In this document: in pieces, positions 9,615 to 27,498 of the stretch | How the letters are laid out: every line of letters starts with the position of its first letter | How positions within the stretch are numbered: position 1 is the stretch's first letter | From: Dialister hominis | Lineage (GTDB): Archaea > Thermoplasmatota > Thermoplasmata > Methanomassiliicoccales > Methanomethylophilaceae | Reading direction: 5' to 3' | DNA: 64,000 nucleotides | NCBI GenBank assembly: GCA_963640995.1 | Contig: CAVICI010000003.1 | Location: forward strand, 6,754-70,753 | Made by a program: the position numbers and the translations under genes | Notes under the pieces: generated by a model | What the model saw: only the letters and a program-made list of their open reading frames with translations | Told to the model about the DNA's origin: nothing | The model's database searches: none

Positions 9615-12600
9615 TTGAGGGATCTAGTCAATCTGTATTTCAACGAGCACAACACCGTGAATCACCACATATCGTCCTTCGATGATTTCCTCTCCACCAA
9701 GAACAACGTCAACAGCAGGATGCAGAGGATCGTCGACGACATCCGCGTCCCCACCGACGACGCCGAGAGGGGAGTCATCAAGCTGGACCCCGAGAGGACC
9801 GGCGGAAGGAACATTGAAATCCGCATAGGGAGGCCCAGGGACGAGGACGGGAACATCGATCCCCAGGCCAAGCCCACCATCCGCATCGAGCCTCCGAAGG
9901 TGATGGAGGCCAACGGATACAGCCACGAGCTCACTCCCATGGAGGCGAGGCTCAGGAACCTGCACTACATGTCGCCCGTGTTCGTCAGGTTCGAGGTCTA
10001 CGAGGACGGCGTCGAGAAGGAGATGCCCGAAGGGGACAAGTGGATCCACGTCGGAGACCTCCCCATGATGGTCAAGTCCTCCGGATGCAACCTGAACAAG
10101 CAGGTCATGGAGAGGAGCCTCGAGCGCTCCCTCACCGACGAGGAGTACCGCGCCGAGCTCATAAAGCAGAAAGAGGACCCCAGGGAGCCCGGAGGATACT
10201 TCATCATCCTCGGTACCGAGAGGGTCCTGATCACGCTCGAAGACCTGGCCCCCAACAGGGTCATGGTCGAGTACAACGAGAAGTACGGGGCCGCAGTGGA
10301 GGTCGCCAAGGTGTTCTCCCAGAAGGACGGCTACCGCGCGCTCACCCTCGTGGAGAAGAAGAAGGACGGCATGGTCATGGTCTCTGTGCCAGTAGCCTCC
10401 GGGTCCATCCCCCTCATCGCCCTGATGAAGGCCCTCGGGATGGAGTCCGACGAGGAGATCTACGAGACCATCGTCTCCGACGAGAAGATGAGCAACATCG
10501 TCTATGCCAACATCGAGGCGTCCTTCGACAAGAAGACCTACGCCCCCAACGGCTACCACAGCAAGGACGATGCCATCCTGTTCCTCGAGAGGAACTTCGC
10601 CGCCGGTCAGGCGAAGGAGTACAGGACGAAGAAGGTCGAGAGCATCCTCGACCGCTCCCTGTTGCCCCACCTCGGAGACACCGAGGCGGACCGCATGAAG
10701 AAGGCCATCTTCCTCGGGCGCATCGCCCGTTCCGTCCTCGAGCTGTCGCTCGGGCTCAGGAAGGAGGACGACAAGGATCACTACGCCAACAAGAGGCTCA
10801 AGCTGTCCGGAGACCTCATGGAGGACCTGTTCAGGACCAGCTTCAGCAGCCTCATGAAGGACCTGAAGTACCAGCTCGAGAGGAACTGGGGAAGGAAGAA
10901 GGCCGAGATGAACATCGCCTCGTCCATCCGCCCCGACCTCCTCACGCACAAGCTGCTCCACGCTCTGGCCACAGGGAACTGGGTCGGAGGGCGCGCAGGT
11001 GTCTCTCAGCTCCTCGACAGGACATCGAACCTGTCCGCCATGTCCCACCTCAGGAGGATCACGTCTTCCCTGACCAGGAGCCAGCCCCACTTCGAGGCGC
11101 GTGACCTGCACCCCACCCAGTGGGGGAGGCTGTGCCCCTCCGAGACCCCCGAGGGTCAGAACTGCGGTCTGGTCAAGAACGCTGCGCTCATCATCGACGT
11201 CTCCGAGGGATTCCCCGAGAGCGACATCAAATGGATGCTCAGGGAGCTCGACCTGGAGTTAGTCAAATCCGGCAACGGGACCCGTGTCTACGTGAACGGG
11301 GACCTCGTGGGAGTGCACTCCGACGCCGCCAAGCTGGTCGCCGAGATCAGGGCGCGCAGGAGATGCGGCCTCATATCCAACGAGATCAACATCCGCCACG
11401 ACGAGGAGATGGGCGAGGTCATCATCAACTGCGACGAGGGGCGCCTCAGAAGGCCGCTCCTTATCCTCAAGAACGGCAGGCTCGCCCTGACCAGGAAGCA
11501 CATCGAGGACATCCGCGAGGGCAATCTCAGGTGGAACGACCTGTTCCGCGAGGGGCTTGTCGAGTGGCTCGACGCCGAAGAGGAGGAAGACTCCCTCGTG
11601 CTCGTCGACCCCTATGACCTGCCTTCCAGGTGCCCCTGCTGCGACCACGCGCTGTCCCCCATGGACGTGGACTGGATGAACCCCGGCAAGGAGGGCGACG
11701 TCACCCTCAAGTGCACATGGTGCGGGAAGGAGTTCGACGTGCCCAGCAAGATCGAGCCCAAGTTCACCCACATGGAGGTGGACCCCATGATCATCCTGGG
11801 AGTCGCTTCCGGCATCGTCCCCTATCCCGAGCACAACTCCGCTCCCCGTGTCACCATGGGAGCGGGAATGGGTAAGCAGGCCCTGGGGATACCCACCGCC
11901 AACTACAGGATCAGGCCCGACACCAGGGGCCACCTGATGCAGTACCCCCAGGTTCCGATGGTGCAGACCCAGACCATGAAGTACATGGGATACAGCCACA
12001 GGCCCGCAGGGCAGAACTTCTGCATCGCGGTCCTCTCCTACCACGGATACAACATAGAGGATGCCCTGGTCATGAACAAGAGCTCCGTCCAGAGAGGCCT
12101 CGGAAGGTCCACCTTCATGAGGTCCTACCGTGCCGAGGAGCGCCGCTACCCCGGAGGCCAGGAGGACCACTTCGAGATCCCCTCCCCCGACATAATGGGC
12201 GCCCGCGCCGACATGGCGTACGCATCCCTCGGAGAGGACGGGCTCATATCGCCCGAGAGCCAGGTCTTCGGGTCCGATGTCCTCATCGGGAAGACCTCGC
12301 CTCCCAGGTTCATCGAGGAGGAGACAGACTTCCTCACGCCTCAGAAGAGGAGGGAGACGTCCGTCACAGTCAGGCCCGGAGAGACCGGATGGGTCGATTC
12401 CGTCATGATCACCGAGTCCGAGAACGGGTCCAGGCTCGTCCGTGTCAAGGTCAGGGACGAGAGGATCCCCGAGCTGGGCGACAAGTTCTGCTCCAGGTTC
12501 GGACAGAAAGGAGTCGTCGGAAGGCTCGTCGACCAGTGCGACATGCCCTTCACCGCAGACGGCGTGACCCCGGACCTCGTGGTCAACCCCCACGGTATAC

Positions 12601-13217
12601 CTTCCCGTATGACCATCGGGCACGTGCTCGAGATGATCGCAGGGAAGGTCGGCTCCATGGAGGGCCGCATCATCGACGGCACCGCGTTCTCCGGAGAGAA
12701 CGAGGAGTCCATCCGCGACGGCCTGGTCAGGAACGGGTTCTGCAACACCGGGAAGGAGGTCATGTACGACGGAAGGACCGGGCGCATGATCCAGGCCGAC
12801 GTCTACACCGGAGTGATTTTCTACGAGAAGCTGCACCACATGGTCAGCGGGAAGATGCACGTCAGGTCCAGAGGGCCCGTGCAGATCCTGACCAGGCAGC
12901 CTACCGAGGGACGTTCCAGGCAGGGAGGGCTCAGGTTCGGAGAGATGGAGCGCGACTGTCTGATCGGCCACGGAGCGGCCATGGTCATCAAGGACCGCCT
13001 GCTCGACGAGTCCGACGGGACCAAGCAGTACATCTGCGGCAACCCCAAGTGCGGGCACATCGCCATCATGGACAGGCACGGATCGCTGTACTGCCCCGTG
13101 TGCAAGAACAACTCCTCGATCTACCTGGTCCAGACCTCGTACGCATTCAAACTGCTCATGGACGAGCTCCTGTCGCTGGGCGTGGCCATGAGGCTTCAAC
13201 TGGAGGACCTGAGATGA
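9615..13217 (+). CDS. rpoB: RNA polymerase subunit B (fused B''B', Rpo2)
   Basis: [25 protein letters not shown] and [11 protein letters not shown] motifs; 1200 aa. Confidence 0.97.
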   Translation: MRDLVNLYFNEHNTVNHHISSFDDFLSTKNNVNSRMQRIVDDIRVPTDDAERGVIKLDPERTGGRNIEIRIGRPRDEDGNIDPQAKPTIRIEPPKVMEANGYSHELTPMEARLRNLHYMSPVFVRFEVYEDGVEKEMPEGDKWIHVGDLPMMVKSSGCNLNKQVMERSLERSLTDEEYRAELIKQKEDPREPGGYFIILGTERVLITLEDLAPNRVMVEYNEKYGAAVEVAKVFSQKDGYRALTLVEKKKDGMVMVSVPVASGSIPLIALMKALGMESDEEIYETIVSDEKMSNIVYANIEASFDKKTYAPNGYHSKDDAILFLERNFAAGQAKEYRTKKVESILDRSLLPHLGDTEADRMKKAIFLGRIARSVLELSLGLRKEDDKDHYANKRLKLSGDLMEDLFRTSFSSLMKDLKYQLERNWGRKKAEMNIASSIRPDLLTHKLLHALATGNWVGGRAGVSQLLDRTSNLSAMSHLRRITSSLTRSQPHFEARDLHPTQWGRLCPSETPEGQNCGLVKNAALIIDVSEGFPESDIKWMLRELDLELVKSGNGTRVYVNGDLVGVHSDAAKLVAEIRARRRCGLISNEINIRHDEEMGEVIINCDEGRLRRPLLILKNGRLALTRKHIEDIREGNLRWNDLFREGLVEWLDAEEEEDSLVLVDPYDLPSRCPCCDHALSPMDVDWMNPGKEGDVTLKCTWCGKEFDVPSKIEPKFTHMEVDPMIILGVASGIVPYPEHNSAPRVTMGAGMGKQALGIPTANYRIRPDTRGHLMQYPQVPMVQTQTMKYMGYSHRPAGQNFCIAVLSYHGYNIEDALVMNKSSVQRGLGRSTFMRSYRAEERRYPGGQEDHFEIPSPDIMGARADMAYASLGEDGLISPESQVFGSDVLIGKTSPPRFIEEETDFLTPQKRRETSVTVRPGETGWVDSVMITESENGSRLVRVKVRDERIPELGDKFCSRFGQKGVVGRLVDQCDMPFTADGVTPDLVVNPHGIPSRMTIGHVLEMIAGKVGSMEGRIIDGTAFSGENEESIRDGLVRNGFCNTGKEVMYDGRTGRMIQADVYTGVIFYEKLHHMVSGKMHVRSRGPVQILTRQPTEGRSRQGGLRFGEMERDCLIGHGAAMVIKDRLLDESDGTKQYICGNPKCGHIAIMDRHGSLYCPVCKNNSSIYLVQTSYAFKLLMDELLSLGVAMRLQLEDLR

Positions 13218-16036
13218 CGGCCCGCGGAATCACCAAAAGAATCGGATCGATCAAATTCTCCTGCGTCTCGCCCGACGAGATCAGGAAGATGTCTGCGACG
13301 AAGATCATCACCGCAGACACCTACGATGACGAGGGATACCCCATCGAGCTCGGTCTCATGGACCCCCATATGGGAGTCATCGAGCCGGGGCTCCGCTGCA
13401 AGACATGCGGATGCAAGGTGGACGAGTGCCCCGGGCACTTCGGCCACATAGACCTGGCCATGCCCGTCATCCATGTCGGGTTCATCAAGGACATCAAGAT
13501 GCTCCTGGAGTCCACCTGCTGCAGCTGCGGCCGCCTGATGCTGTCCGACGACCAGATCCAGGCCCGCAGGGAGAGCATGGAGAGGATGGAGGAGCTGGGA
13601 GGAGGGACGATCGACGTCAAGAACTTCTCCAAGGAGACCGCCAAGGACGCTTCCGGCAAAGGGCAGTGCCCCTATTGCGGCGCCGAGCAGATAAAGATCA
13701 AGCTCGACAAGCCCACCACCTTCCGCGAGGTCGAGGACAACCACAAGCTCACCCCGAAGGAGGTCCGCGAGAGGCTCGAGAGGATCTCCGACGAGGACCT
13801 GGTCACCCTGGGCATCGACCCGTCTACCTGCAGGCCCGAGTGGATGGTGCTCACCGCACTCGCCGTGCCTCCTGTTACAGTCAGGCCCTCGATCACCCTG
13901 GACTCCGGAGACAGATCGGAGGACGACCTGACCCACAAGCTGGTCGATGTCCTAAGGATCAACCAGAGGCTCAGAGAGAACCGTGACGCGGGAGCCCCCC
14001 AGCTGATCGTCGAAGACCTCTGGGAGCTGCTCCAGTACCATGTCACCACCTATTTCGACAACCAGACGTCCGGGATACCCCCTGCGAGGCACAGGTCCGG
14101 GCGCCCCCTGAAGACCCTGGCCCAGAGGCTCAAGGGGAAGGAGGGGAGGTTCAGGTCCAACCTGTCCGGAAAGCGTGTGAACTTCTCCGCGCGTACCGTC
14201 ATCTCGCCCGACCCCCTGCTGTCGATCAACGATGTCGGAGTGCCCATATTCGCCGCCAGGGAGCTCACTGTCCCCGTGCACGTCAACGAGCACAACATCG
14301 AGAAGGTCCGCGAGCTCGTCGCCCGCGGCCCCGAGCCCGCCCAGCAGAAGCCCTACATCCCCGGAGTCAACTACGTCATCCGTTCCGACGGAAGGAGGAT
14401 CAGGGTCACGGACAAGAACGCCGCCGATGTCGCAGAGGGCATAGACATCGACTACACTGTGGAGCGCCAGCTCATCGACGGAGATGTGGTCCTGTTCAAC
14501 AGGCAGCCTTCGCTGCACAGGATGTCCATGATGGCCCACCGCGTCAAGATCATGGAAGGGCGCACCTTCAGGTTCAACCTCACCGACTGTCCTCCTTACA
14601 ACGCGGACTTCGACGGGGACGAGATGAACATGCACGTCCTCCAGTCGGACGAGGCCCGCGCCGAGGCGAGGATCCTCATGCAGGTCCAGGAGAACATCCT
14701 GTCCCCCAGGTACGGAGGGCCGATCATCGGTGCGATCCACGACCACATCACCGGAGCCTACTTCCTGACGCACAACAACCCCAGGTTCGACAGGTTCCAG
14801 GCCATGAACATCCTGTTCAAGCTCGACGACATCAAGATACCCGAGCCCAAGGTCGACGAGAAGGGCGAGGAGTACTGGAACGGCAAGGACCTGTTCTCCA
14901 TAGTGCTCCCCGAGGACTTCAGGATCACGTTCAAGGCGAACATCTGCCAGAACTGCAAGCAGTACGGCAAGCCCTGCCAGAAGGAGGACTGCCCCTACGA
15001 CGCGTACGTCAAAATCCGCGACGGGAAGCTCCTCTGCGGAACCATCGACGTCAAGGCGATCGGAAACAGCAAAGGGAAGATCCTCGACCACATCGCCAGG
15101 GACAAAGGCTCCGACCGTGCGGCCGAGTTCATCAACCAGGTCACCAGGCTCGCTCTTGGCGCTCTCATGAACCACGGGTTCAGCACCGGCATCAGCGACG
15201 AGGACATACCCCCCGAGGCTGTCCTCCAGATAAGCAGCAACACCCAGGAATGCATCAACAAGGTGTCCAGCCTCGTGGAGTCCTACCGCGACGGCACCCT
15301 CGAGCAGATGCCCGGCCGTTCCCTCAGGGAGACCCTGGAGGTCAGCGTCATGGGAACCCTGGGAGAGGCCCGTGACGGTGCGGGGACCATTGCCGGGGAC
15401 CATCTGGGAATTGACAACCCTGCGGTCATCATGGCCAAGGCCGGTGCCCGCGGATCCATGCTCAACCTGTCCCAGATGGCAGGCTGCGTCGGTCAGCAGG
15501 CCGTCCGTGGAGAGAGGCTGTCCAGAGGATACCACGACAGGACCCTGCCCCACTTCGAGAAAGGGGACCTGGGAGCTTACGCCAGGGGATTCTGCTCCAA
15601 CTCGTACAAGTCCGGGCTGTCCCCCACAGAGTTCTTCTTCCACGCCATGGGAGGAAGGGAGGGTCTGGTCGATACCGCCGTCCGTACATCCAGGTCAGGA
15701 TACATGCAGAGGCGTCTCGTCTCCGCTCTGGAGGACCTGAAGCTCACAGCTGACGGAACGGTCAGGAACACTGTCGGGACCATCGTCCAGTTCAGGTACG
15801 GAGAGGACGGGGTCGACCCCGCCAGGTCCGTCAGGGGAAAGGCCGTCGACCTCGACGACGTGTTCACGGCCGTCCTCGGTGACAAGGCCGAGGAGCTGCT
15901 CCGCGTGGACGGCAAGGATGTCGGAGGAGACTACGGGTCCCTCGAGAAGGACGAGATGGAGTACTACGACGAGGACTCGGAGGATTCCGAGGACACCGAC
16001 GGGTACGAGTCCGACTACGACGGCGGAGGTGAGTGA
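13214..16036 (+). CDS. rpoA1: RNA polymerase subunit A' (Rpo1N)
   Basis: CPGHFGH, NADFDGD catalytic motif, RSGYMQRRL. Confidence 0.97.
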   Translation: MTARGITKRIGSIKFSCVSPDEIRKMSATKIITADTYDDEGYPIELGLMDPHMGVIEPGLRCKTCGCKVDECPGHFGHIDLAMPVIHVGFIKDIKMLLESTCCSCGRLMLSDDQIQARRESMERMEELGGGTIDVKNFSKETAKDASGKGQCPYCGAEQIKIKLDKPTTFREVEDNHKLTPKEVRERLERISDEDLVTLGIDPSTCRPEWMVLTALAVPPVTVRPSITLDSGDRSEDDLTHKLVDVLRINQRLRENRDAGAPQLIVEDLWELLQYHVTTYFDNQTSGIPPARHRSGRPLKTLAQRLKGKEGRFRSNLSGKRVNFSARTVISPDPLLSINDVGVPIFAARELTVPVHVNEHNIEKVRELVARGPEPAQQKPYIPGVNYVIRSDGRRIRVTDKNAADVAEGIDIDYTVERQLIDGDVVLFNRQPSLHRMSMMAHRVKIMEGRTFRFNLTDCPPYNADFDGDEMNMHVLQSDEARAEARILMQVQENILSPRYGGPIIGAIHDHITGAYFLTHNNPRFDRFQAMNILFKLDDIKIPEPKVDEKGEEYWNGKDLFSIVLPEDFRITFKANICQNCKQYGKPCQKEDCPYDAYVKIRDGKLLCGTIDVKAIGNSKGKILDHIARDKGSDRAAEFINQVTRLALGALMNHGFSTGISDEDIPPEAVLQISSNTQECINKVSSLVESYRDGTLEQMPGRSLRETLEVSVMGTLGEARDGAGTIAGDHLGIDNPAVIMAKAGARGSMLNLSQMAGCVGQQAVRGERLSRGYHDRTLPHFEKGDLGAYARGFCSNSYKSGLSPTEFFFHAMGGREGLVDTAVRTSRSGYMQRRLVSALEDLKLTADGTVRNTVGTIVQFRYGEDGVDPARSVRGKAVDLDDVFTAVLGDKAEELLRVDGKDVGGDYGSLEKDEMEYYDEDSEDSEDTDGYESDYDGGGE

Positions 16037-16038
16037 TA

Positions 16039-17472
16039 ATGGCAAAGAAAGACACGCTCAAAGCGCTCCTGAACAGGGGCGTCAGCGAGGAGATCGCCTC
16101 GCTCGTGCTCACCAAGTACAGCTCCATGACCGCCATCAGCGAAGCCGGGGCCGATGCCCTGGTGGAGATGGGCCTCAGCGACGAGGACGCCGCATCCCTG
16201 ATCGCCAAGATCGGGAAGAGGACCTCGTCCGCCAAGGTGAAGAAGGAGGTCGAGGAGATCGTCCCCGTCGAGAAGATGGAGGAGGTCACCAACTGGTACC
16301 AGTACTCCGAGGGGGAGCTCAGGCTCAAGGGCATGATGGAGAGGCTGGGGCTGAAGCTCCCCATGAAGATCTTGGTGGACATCGCCAAGCGCATCGAGCA
16401 TGCCGACCTGGACGACGAGACCTGCGAGGAGCTCCTGACGGAGGCCAACAGGCAGTACACCGCCCACCTGATGGACCAGAACGAGTCCGCGGGAGTCATG
16501 GCGGCGCACTCAATCGGAGAGCCCGGTACGCAGATGAACATGCGTACTTTCCACTACGCGGGAGTCGCGAACGTGAACGTCACCCAGGGTCTGCCCAGGC
16601 TGATCGAGATCGTGGATGCCAGGCGCGTGCCCAGCACACCGTCCATGGAGATCCCCCTCACCGGCACGGCGGCCCAGGACGAGAACATCGCGAAGTACGT
16701 GGCGTCCAACATCGAGATGACCTCGCTCATCGACGTGGCGAGCATCGAGACGGACCTCACGAACATGAGGCTCGTCATCTCTCCAGATGCAGGGAAGATG
16801 GAGGACAAGGGCATCACCATCGAGGAGATGCTCGAGAAACTGAACAAGGTCAAGGCGGTCCGCGGGCTGGCCAGCATATCGGGCTACGACATCATGGTCA
16901 CAGCCGATGAGCCGTCTTACAAGAAGCTGCAGACGATGTACGACGCCGTGAAAGGCGCGAAGATCAAGGGGATCGACAACATCACGCGTGCCATCCTCTC
17001 CAAGACCGACGGGGCTTGGAAGATCATCACCGAAGGCAGCAACCTCAAAGAGGTCCTGAAGGTCGAAGGCGTGGATGCTGAGCATGTCATGACGAACAGC
17101 ATCCTGGAGGTGGCGGACGTCCTCGGAATCGAGGCAGCCAGAAAATCCATCATCCGCGAGGCCATGATGACCCTCGGAGAGGCAGGTCTGGATGTCGATG
17201 TCAGGCACATCATGCTCGTCGCCGACCTCATGACCAACGACGGATACGTCAAAGCAATCGGAAGGCACGGAGTGTCCGGAAAGAAGTCCTCGGTACTTGC
17301 CAGGGCGGCTTTCGAGATCACGGCCGCGCACCTTCTGCATGCGGCGATGGTGGGCGAGGTGGACCACCTTGAAGGAGTCACCGAGAACATCATCGTCGGA
17401 CAGCCGGTCACGCTTGGTACCGGTGCAGTAAACCTTATTTACGAACCCAAGAAGAAGGGGGATGAAGAATGA
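16039..17472 (+). CDS. rpoA2: RNA polymerase subunit A'' (Rpo1C) with N-terminal extension
   Basis: AAHSIGEPGTQMNMRTFH, GLPRLIEI and ARAAFE motifs. Confidence 0.95.
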   Translation: MAKKDTLKALLNRGVSEEIASLVLTKYSSMTAISEAGADALVEMGLSDEDAASLIAKIGKRTSSAKVKKEVEEIVPVEKMEEVTNWYQYSEGELRLKGMMERLGLKLPMKILVDIAKRIEHADLDDETCEELLTEANRQYTAHLMDQNESAGVMAAHSIGEPGTQMNMRTFHYAGVANVNVTQGLPRLIEIVDARRVPSTPSMEIPLTGTAAQDENIAKYVASNIEMTSLIDVASIETDLTNMRLVISPDAGKMEDKGITIEEMLEKLNKVKAVRGLASISGYDIMVTADEPSYKKLQTMYDAVKGAKIKGIDNITRAILSKTDGAWKIITEGSNLKEVLKVEGVDAEHVMTNSILEVADVLGIEAARKSIIREAMMTLGEAGLDVDVRHIMLVADLMTNDGYVKAIGRHGVSGKKSSVLARAAFEITAAHLLHAAMVGEVDHLEGVTENIIVGQPVTLGTGAVNLIYEPKKKGDEE

Positions 17473-17753
17473 GCGATGAGAAGATCGACATCAGCAGGGC
17501 ATTGAAATCGGCCATCACCACCGGAAAGGTGGAGTTCGGAGTAGACCAGACGCTTAAGGCAGTCAAAGACGGCAAGGCACAGATGATCGTGCTGTCCAGG
17601 AACTGCCCGTCCGTGGAGCTCCGCGACTCGGCAGCGAAGAAGTACGTGTACGACGGGAACAACATGGAGCTCGGCGCGCTGTGCGGAAAACCCTTCTCTG
17701 TCTCTGCCCTTGTGATCATCGACAAAGGTAGCTCCAACATCTTAACGCTGTGA
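17469..17753 (+). CDS. rpl30e: 50S ribosomal protein L30e
   Basis: TGKVEFG and ELGALCGKPF motifs; canonical operon position. Confidence 0.93.
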   Translation: MSDEKIDISRALKSAITTGKVEFGVDQTLKAVKDGKAQMIVLSRNCPSVELRDSAAKKYVYDGNNMELGALCGKPFSVSALVIIDKGSSNILTL

Positions 17754-17758
17754 GGAAC

Positions 17759-18187
17759 ATGTCCGCAGATATCGTACTAACCGAGGACACCCTGAGGTAC
17801 ATCGCGCTCTTCGAGCAGATAACCAAAGCGAACGCCATCGACTGCATGGACACCGAGGAGAAGCTCGTGTTCGTCGTCGAGAAGGGCCAGGGCAACATCG
17901 CCGTCGGAAAGAAAGGCGAGCATGTCATCAAGCTCAAGGAGAAGACCGGGAAGAACATCCAGGTAGTCGAGTACTCTGACGACCCCGAGCAGTTCGTCAA
18001 GAACGTGTTCCACATCTACGGTCCTCAGAAGGTCGTTATCGAGCAGCGCGGCAACATCACGCACGCCACGGTCACCGTGGACCCCAAACTGAAGGGCCGT
18101 GCGATCGGCAAGGCCGGCAAGAATCTGCGCATCGCCAGGGACATCGTGAACAGGCATCACGAGATCCAGAGCATCAGCGTCGATTGA
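17759..18187 (+). CDS. nusA: Archaeal NusA-like KH-domain transcription factor
   Basis: AVGKKG and AIGKAGKN KH motifs; follows rpl30e. Confidence 0.92.
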   Translation: MSADIVLTEDTLRYIALFEQITKANAIDCMDTEEKLVFVVEKGQGNIAVGKKGEHVIKLKEKTGKNIQVVEYSDDPEQFVKNVFHIYGPQKVVIEQRGNITHATVTVDPKLKGRAIGKAGKNLRIARDIVNRHHEIQSISVD

Positions 18188-18287
18188 AGCAGATCGGAGA
18201 CCCCCTACGATCAACTCGTACGGTCGGGAAACATCTTCAGAAACGTCTTCCCGGGCCGGCAGGATCTTCTCTGCCGGTCCGGAGCGC

Positions 18288-19337
18288 TCAGTTCAGCGGC
18301 GTGCGCTCGACTTCCAGCCCGTCTGCCGTTGGATACTGCTCGGACAGGCAGCACTTGTACTCAAGCTTAGGAGCTATCTTCTCGAGGATCCAAGGCGCCA
18401 CCTCGATGCGGTCCTTGCCCTCGTGCATCAGATCGGCCGGGACCTTGGCGGCCTCCAGGGCGGCCTTCGCTCCCGGCAGGTCGGCTGCGAAGACGTATCC
18501 CCTGACGATGGTCCCGTCTTCGGTGACCTGCTGGTACGGCTTGCAGATGTGCGAGGCGCGCCTGATGAGCCTCCTGCGGAGCTGGACGCCGTCTTTGAAG
18601 GGCGAGGAGCAGAAATGCACCCTCATCCTCTTGTTGGCCTTCAGGACCTCCATGGCCGTCTCCGCCGATCCCTTCACCGCGGACGACAGGTCGTCCTTCA
18701 CTTCGTAGCAGTGCGCTTCCATCATGTCCCAGTTGCTCTCGGAGAACTCCAGCTCGTTCAGGTTGACGAACGACACCCCCGCATCCTTGCAGTAGGACAC
18801 CAGGGCATTGAGGGCAGCCGTCTTCCCGGGCAGTGCTGGCACTTCCACTCCGACGGGTATGGAGAGGGCTTCGCAGACCTCCCTGAGCCTCGTCTCGGAC
18901 ATGCGGTCCCACTGCTCTTCGCGGGGATGGAAGCGTATCTCGTCGAGCCCCGCGTCCTGCAGGCGCCTGGCCTTCTCGGGGTCGATGGTGGCGGTGTACA
19001 GGTGGATGTGGTGTTCTCTGCCGAACCTGCCCTTCAGCAGCTCTATCATGTGAATCGTGCGGTCCATCTCCAGCAGAGGGTCCCCTCCCGTGATGCCGGT
19101 CCCCAGCGCGTCCATGGCCTCCGCCTCGGCGAGGATCTCCTCGTCGGTGCAGACGCGCTTCTCGTTCGCGTAGACCACGTCTTTGCCCTTCTTCTCCAGG
19201 GACACGGGGCAGTAATAGCAGTTCCATCCGCATTTCCCGGTGACGAAGAGCACCATCTTGGCGCCTTCTATGCAGCATCTGCACCCGTCGGCGACCTTGC
19301 CGCAGCAGGACGACCCGCATTCCATCTTCTTGAGCAT
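18288..19337 (-). CDS. Radical SAM protein (conserved archaeal family)
   Basis: CGWNCYYC motif, GITGGDP, GLDEIRFHP. Confidence 0.85.
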   Translation of the reverse strand: MLKKMECGSSCCGKVADGCRCCIEGAKMVLFVTGKCGWNCYYCPVSLEKKGKDVVYANEKRVCTDEEILAEAEAMDALGTGITGGDPLLEMDRTIHMIELLKGRFGREHHIHLYTATIDPEKARRLQDAGLDEIRFHPREEQWDRMSETRLREVCEALSIPVGVEVPALPGKTAALNALVSYCKDAGVSFVNLNELEFSESNWDMMEAHCYEVKDDLSSAVKGSAETAMEVLKANKRMRVHFCSSPFKDGVQLRRRLIRRASHICKPYQQVTEDGTIVRGYVFAADLPGAKAALEAAKVPADLMHEGKDRIEVAPWILEKIAPKLEYKCCLSEQYPTADGLEVERTPLN

Positions 19338-19389
19338 GCAAGCTGATGAGCTGATACGGTTAAAAACAATGTCAGGCATCCCGTGGGCG

Positions 19390-20034
19390 ATGAAGAAGAG
19401 CAGCAGGATCATCTTGGCGCTGGACGAGACGGACGGCAAGAAGGCCATGGAGGTGGCCGAGTCCGTCAGCGGGATCGTCGACGCGATCAAAATCAACTGG
19501 CCCCTGGTCCTCTCCGAAGGGCCCGGGATGATCACAGAGCTGGCACGTCATTCGGAAGTGATCTGCGACTTCAAGGTGGCGGACATCCCCAACACCGTGA
19601 GGCTGATCGTGGAGAACGCCGTCTCCCGCGGAGCGTCGGGAGTCATCGTGCACGCATTCCCCGGAGACGATTCGCTGAGGGCCGCCGTGGAGGCCGCCGG
19701 AGGCGCGGACATCTACGCGGTCACGGAGATGAGCCACCCCGGAGGAAGGCTGTTCACGGCGCTTCACGCAGAGGAGATGGCCCGCATGGGAGTGGAATGC
19801 GGCGTCACGGGCTTCATCGCCCCTGCCACCCGTCCGGAGAGGATCGCCGCCATCAGGAAGATCGCCGGCGAGAAGCTGATACTGTCTCCCGGAGTCGGGG
19901 CGCAGGGCGGAAAGGCTTCCGATGCCATCAGGGCCGGGGCCGACTACGCGATCGTGGGCCGCGCCATATACGGCGCCGAGGACCCTCGGGCCGCGGCGGA
20001 ATCCTTCGCGGAAGACGCGCGGCGCGTGCGCTGA
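19390..20034 (+). CDS. pyrF: Orotidine-5'-phosphate decarboxylase
   Basis: DFKVADIPNT, PGVGAQGG and IVGRAIY motifs. Confidence 0.95.
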   Translation: MKKSSRIILALDETDGKKAMEVAESVSGIVDAIKINWPLVLSEGPGMITELARHSEVICDFKVADIPNTVRLIVENAVSRGASGVIVHAFPGDDSLRAAVEAAGGADIYAVTEMSHPGGRLFTALHAEEMARMGVECGVTGFIAPATRPERIAAIRKIAGEKLILSPGVGAQGGKASDAIRAGADYAIVGRAIYGAEDPRAAAESFAEDARRVR

Positions 20035-20160
20035 GCGCTCCGCCAAACGGTTTCTCTCCTATATGCGCGCGTATGCGCGTATCTTTCTCGTCCAACCGTG
20101 AGACCTCTTTTTATATGACCTCGATAATCCTCCGCTATTCTAAAGACGGAGACTTTTAGA

Positions 20161-25818
<5,658 letters not shown>

Positions 25819-25829
25819 AAGCAGGGATC

Positions 25830-26642
25830 ATGGCCTTCGCCATTCTGGCGATGGCTGCTGTATGCCTCGTCGGGGCAGACTCCGATGCGGACTACAGCGA
25901 TATAACCGGAGAGAAGAGCATCATCGGGACCAGCAGCACCGCTGATTACAAGATCGTCTACTCGAACAGCGATTTCAACGACAAGAAGGACATGAACATG
26001 GAGATTGGCTACACCGCGAGCCTGAAGGATTCCTCCGGGACCACTGTCACCAGCGGAGTCAGCCCCAGCTCTGGAACTCTTGACAACGGAGTCGCCACGA
26101 CCCTGACCGTCACCGCGCCCAAGACCGCAGGCGACTGCACCCTTGAGGTCAAGTTCAAGGCCAAGGTCACGTACACCGAGACGGACGACGAAGGGAACGA
26201 CACTACCAAGACCGAGGAGATCACCAAGACCGACACATACCGCATCAAGGTGGTCAACCCTATCACCCTCTCCGTGAAGCTGGTGAACAAGAGCAACGTG
26301 CCTTTCTCCGGATACGGGGTCTACTTCGTGATCGACGGAGAGAGGATCGACGACAGCTACACCACTGTGGACCTCGACAAGGACGGGTCCACGACCGTTA
26401 CCTACAAGTGGATCACCGATTCCGGCAACGGCAAGCACTCCTTCTATCTGGAGGCGGCCGACGGCGGGAACATGGTGAAGATCGAGGGGCTCGGAGATGT
26501 CCATGACTTCTACATCGGGGACAACAGCTACACATGGCTGGTCGCTCTGATGGTCGTCACGGTCATCCTGCTCCTGCTGGTCATGGTCTGGGTATACCGC
26601 AAGCCTGTGAAGAACTACGGAAAGCCCAAGGCCAGGCGCTGA
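25830..26642 (+). CDS. Secreted, C-terminally membrane-anchored Ig-like protein
   Basis: Signal-like N-terminus, beta-rich body, TM helix with basic tail; 11 bp downstream of the previous gene. Confidence 0.65.
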   Translation: MAFAILAMAAVCLVGADSDADYSDITGEKSIIGTSSTADYKIVYSNSDFNDKKDMNMEIGYTASLKDSSGTTVTSGVSPSSGTLDNGVATTLTVTAPKTAGDCTLEVKFKAKVTYTETDDEGNDTTKTEEITKTDTYRIKVVNPITLSVKLVNKSNVPFSGYGVYFVIDGERIDDSYTTVDLDKDGSTTVTYKWITDSGNGKHSFYLEAADGGNMVKIEGLGDVHDFYIGDNSYTWLVALMVVTVILLLLVMVWVYRKPVKNYGKPKARR

Positions 26643-26651
26643 AAACCTTTC

Positions 26652-26678
26652 GGAGGGGGTCTTCCCCCTCCCTTTTCC
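26652..26678 (+). terminator. Hairpin terminator
   Basis: GGAGGGGG-TCTT-CCCCCTCC followed by CTTTT. Confidence 0.6.
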
Positions 26679-26724
26679 AATCCTTGCAGTCTCGGTCCGC
26701 CGGGGCGAGGCCCGTCTCGGATCC

Positions 26725-27498
26725 TCAGAACGATCTGTAGAACGATGATTCCAGTTCCGCGGCGAAGCGTCCGTTGCGGGCTTTCTCTCTCAGAACGGGA
26801 TCCGAATGGTCCTCGAAGGCCATCTCAGGATACTGGATGTCGGTCAGAGTGAGGGCGTCTGCCCTTGCGATGCCGAAATTGATCTCCGCGCCGTTCAGGG
26901 CCGCTTCCACATCGGAAAGGCTCCTCCGCCCGGACGCGACCTCCTCGATGGCGGCGGCGGTCCTGCGGACCATGTTCCAAAGGAAGTACCTGGCGCGATA
27001 CGTCAGGACTATCGCGCCGTCGGACTCCGACACGTCCAGAGAGTCTATCGTGAGCGTCGTGGGCTTGCCGTTCGGCCTGCAGAAGCGGACGAAGTCATGG
27101 GTCCCTTCGAAGAGCCGGGCGCATTCGCGGGTCCGGCCGATGTCGAGCCCTTCCGCGTCGAGGATATACCTGTATCCGCGGGACGAGGCATGCCTCGGAT
27201 TGAAATCATCGTCTACAATGCAGAACCCGTTGTAGAACACGCCGTCGGAGACGGCATTGAGCGCCCTGAGCAGCTCGTGCGGGTCCTCGAAACCGGTACT
27301 GAGCGCGGCGACGTTGCCGAGGGCGTTGACGCCCTTGTCGGTCCTGCTGGCGATCTTCAGCCCGAGACTGTCTGCAGGGCCGCAGACCATCGAGAGGGCT
27401 CTGGCGATCTCCCCCTCGACGGTCCTGGCGCCGGGCTGGACCTGGGAGCCCGAGAATCCTGCTCCCAGGTATGCGAATCTCACTGCCAGGCGCATCAT
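26725..27498 (-). CDS. truA: tRNA pseudouridine(38-40) synthase
   Basis: ASRTDKGVNA, GTHDF and FLWNMVR motifs. Confidence 0.92.
   Translation of the reverse strand: MMRLAVRFAYLGAGFSGSQVQPGARTVEGEIARALSMVCGPADSLGLKIASRTDKGVNALGNVAALSTGFEDPHELLRALNAVSDGVFYNGFCIVDDDFNPRHASSRGYRYILDAEGLDIGRTRECARLFEGTHDFVRFCRPNGKPTTLTIDSLDVSESDGAIVLTYRARYFLWNMVRRTAAAIEEVASGRRSLSDVEAALNGAEINFGIARADALTLTDIQYPEMAFEDHSDPVLREKARNGRFAAELESSFYRSF

Noticed and set aside
9624..15643. Long antisense and alternate-frame ORFs over the rpo genes and elsewhere (e.g. 22123-24765)
   Set aside because: Shadow ORFs caused by high GC3 codon bias; they carry no motifs.
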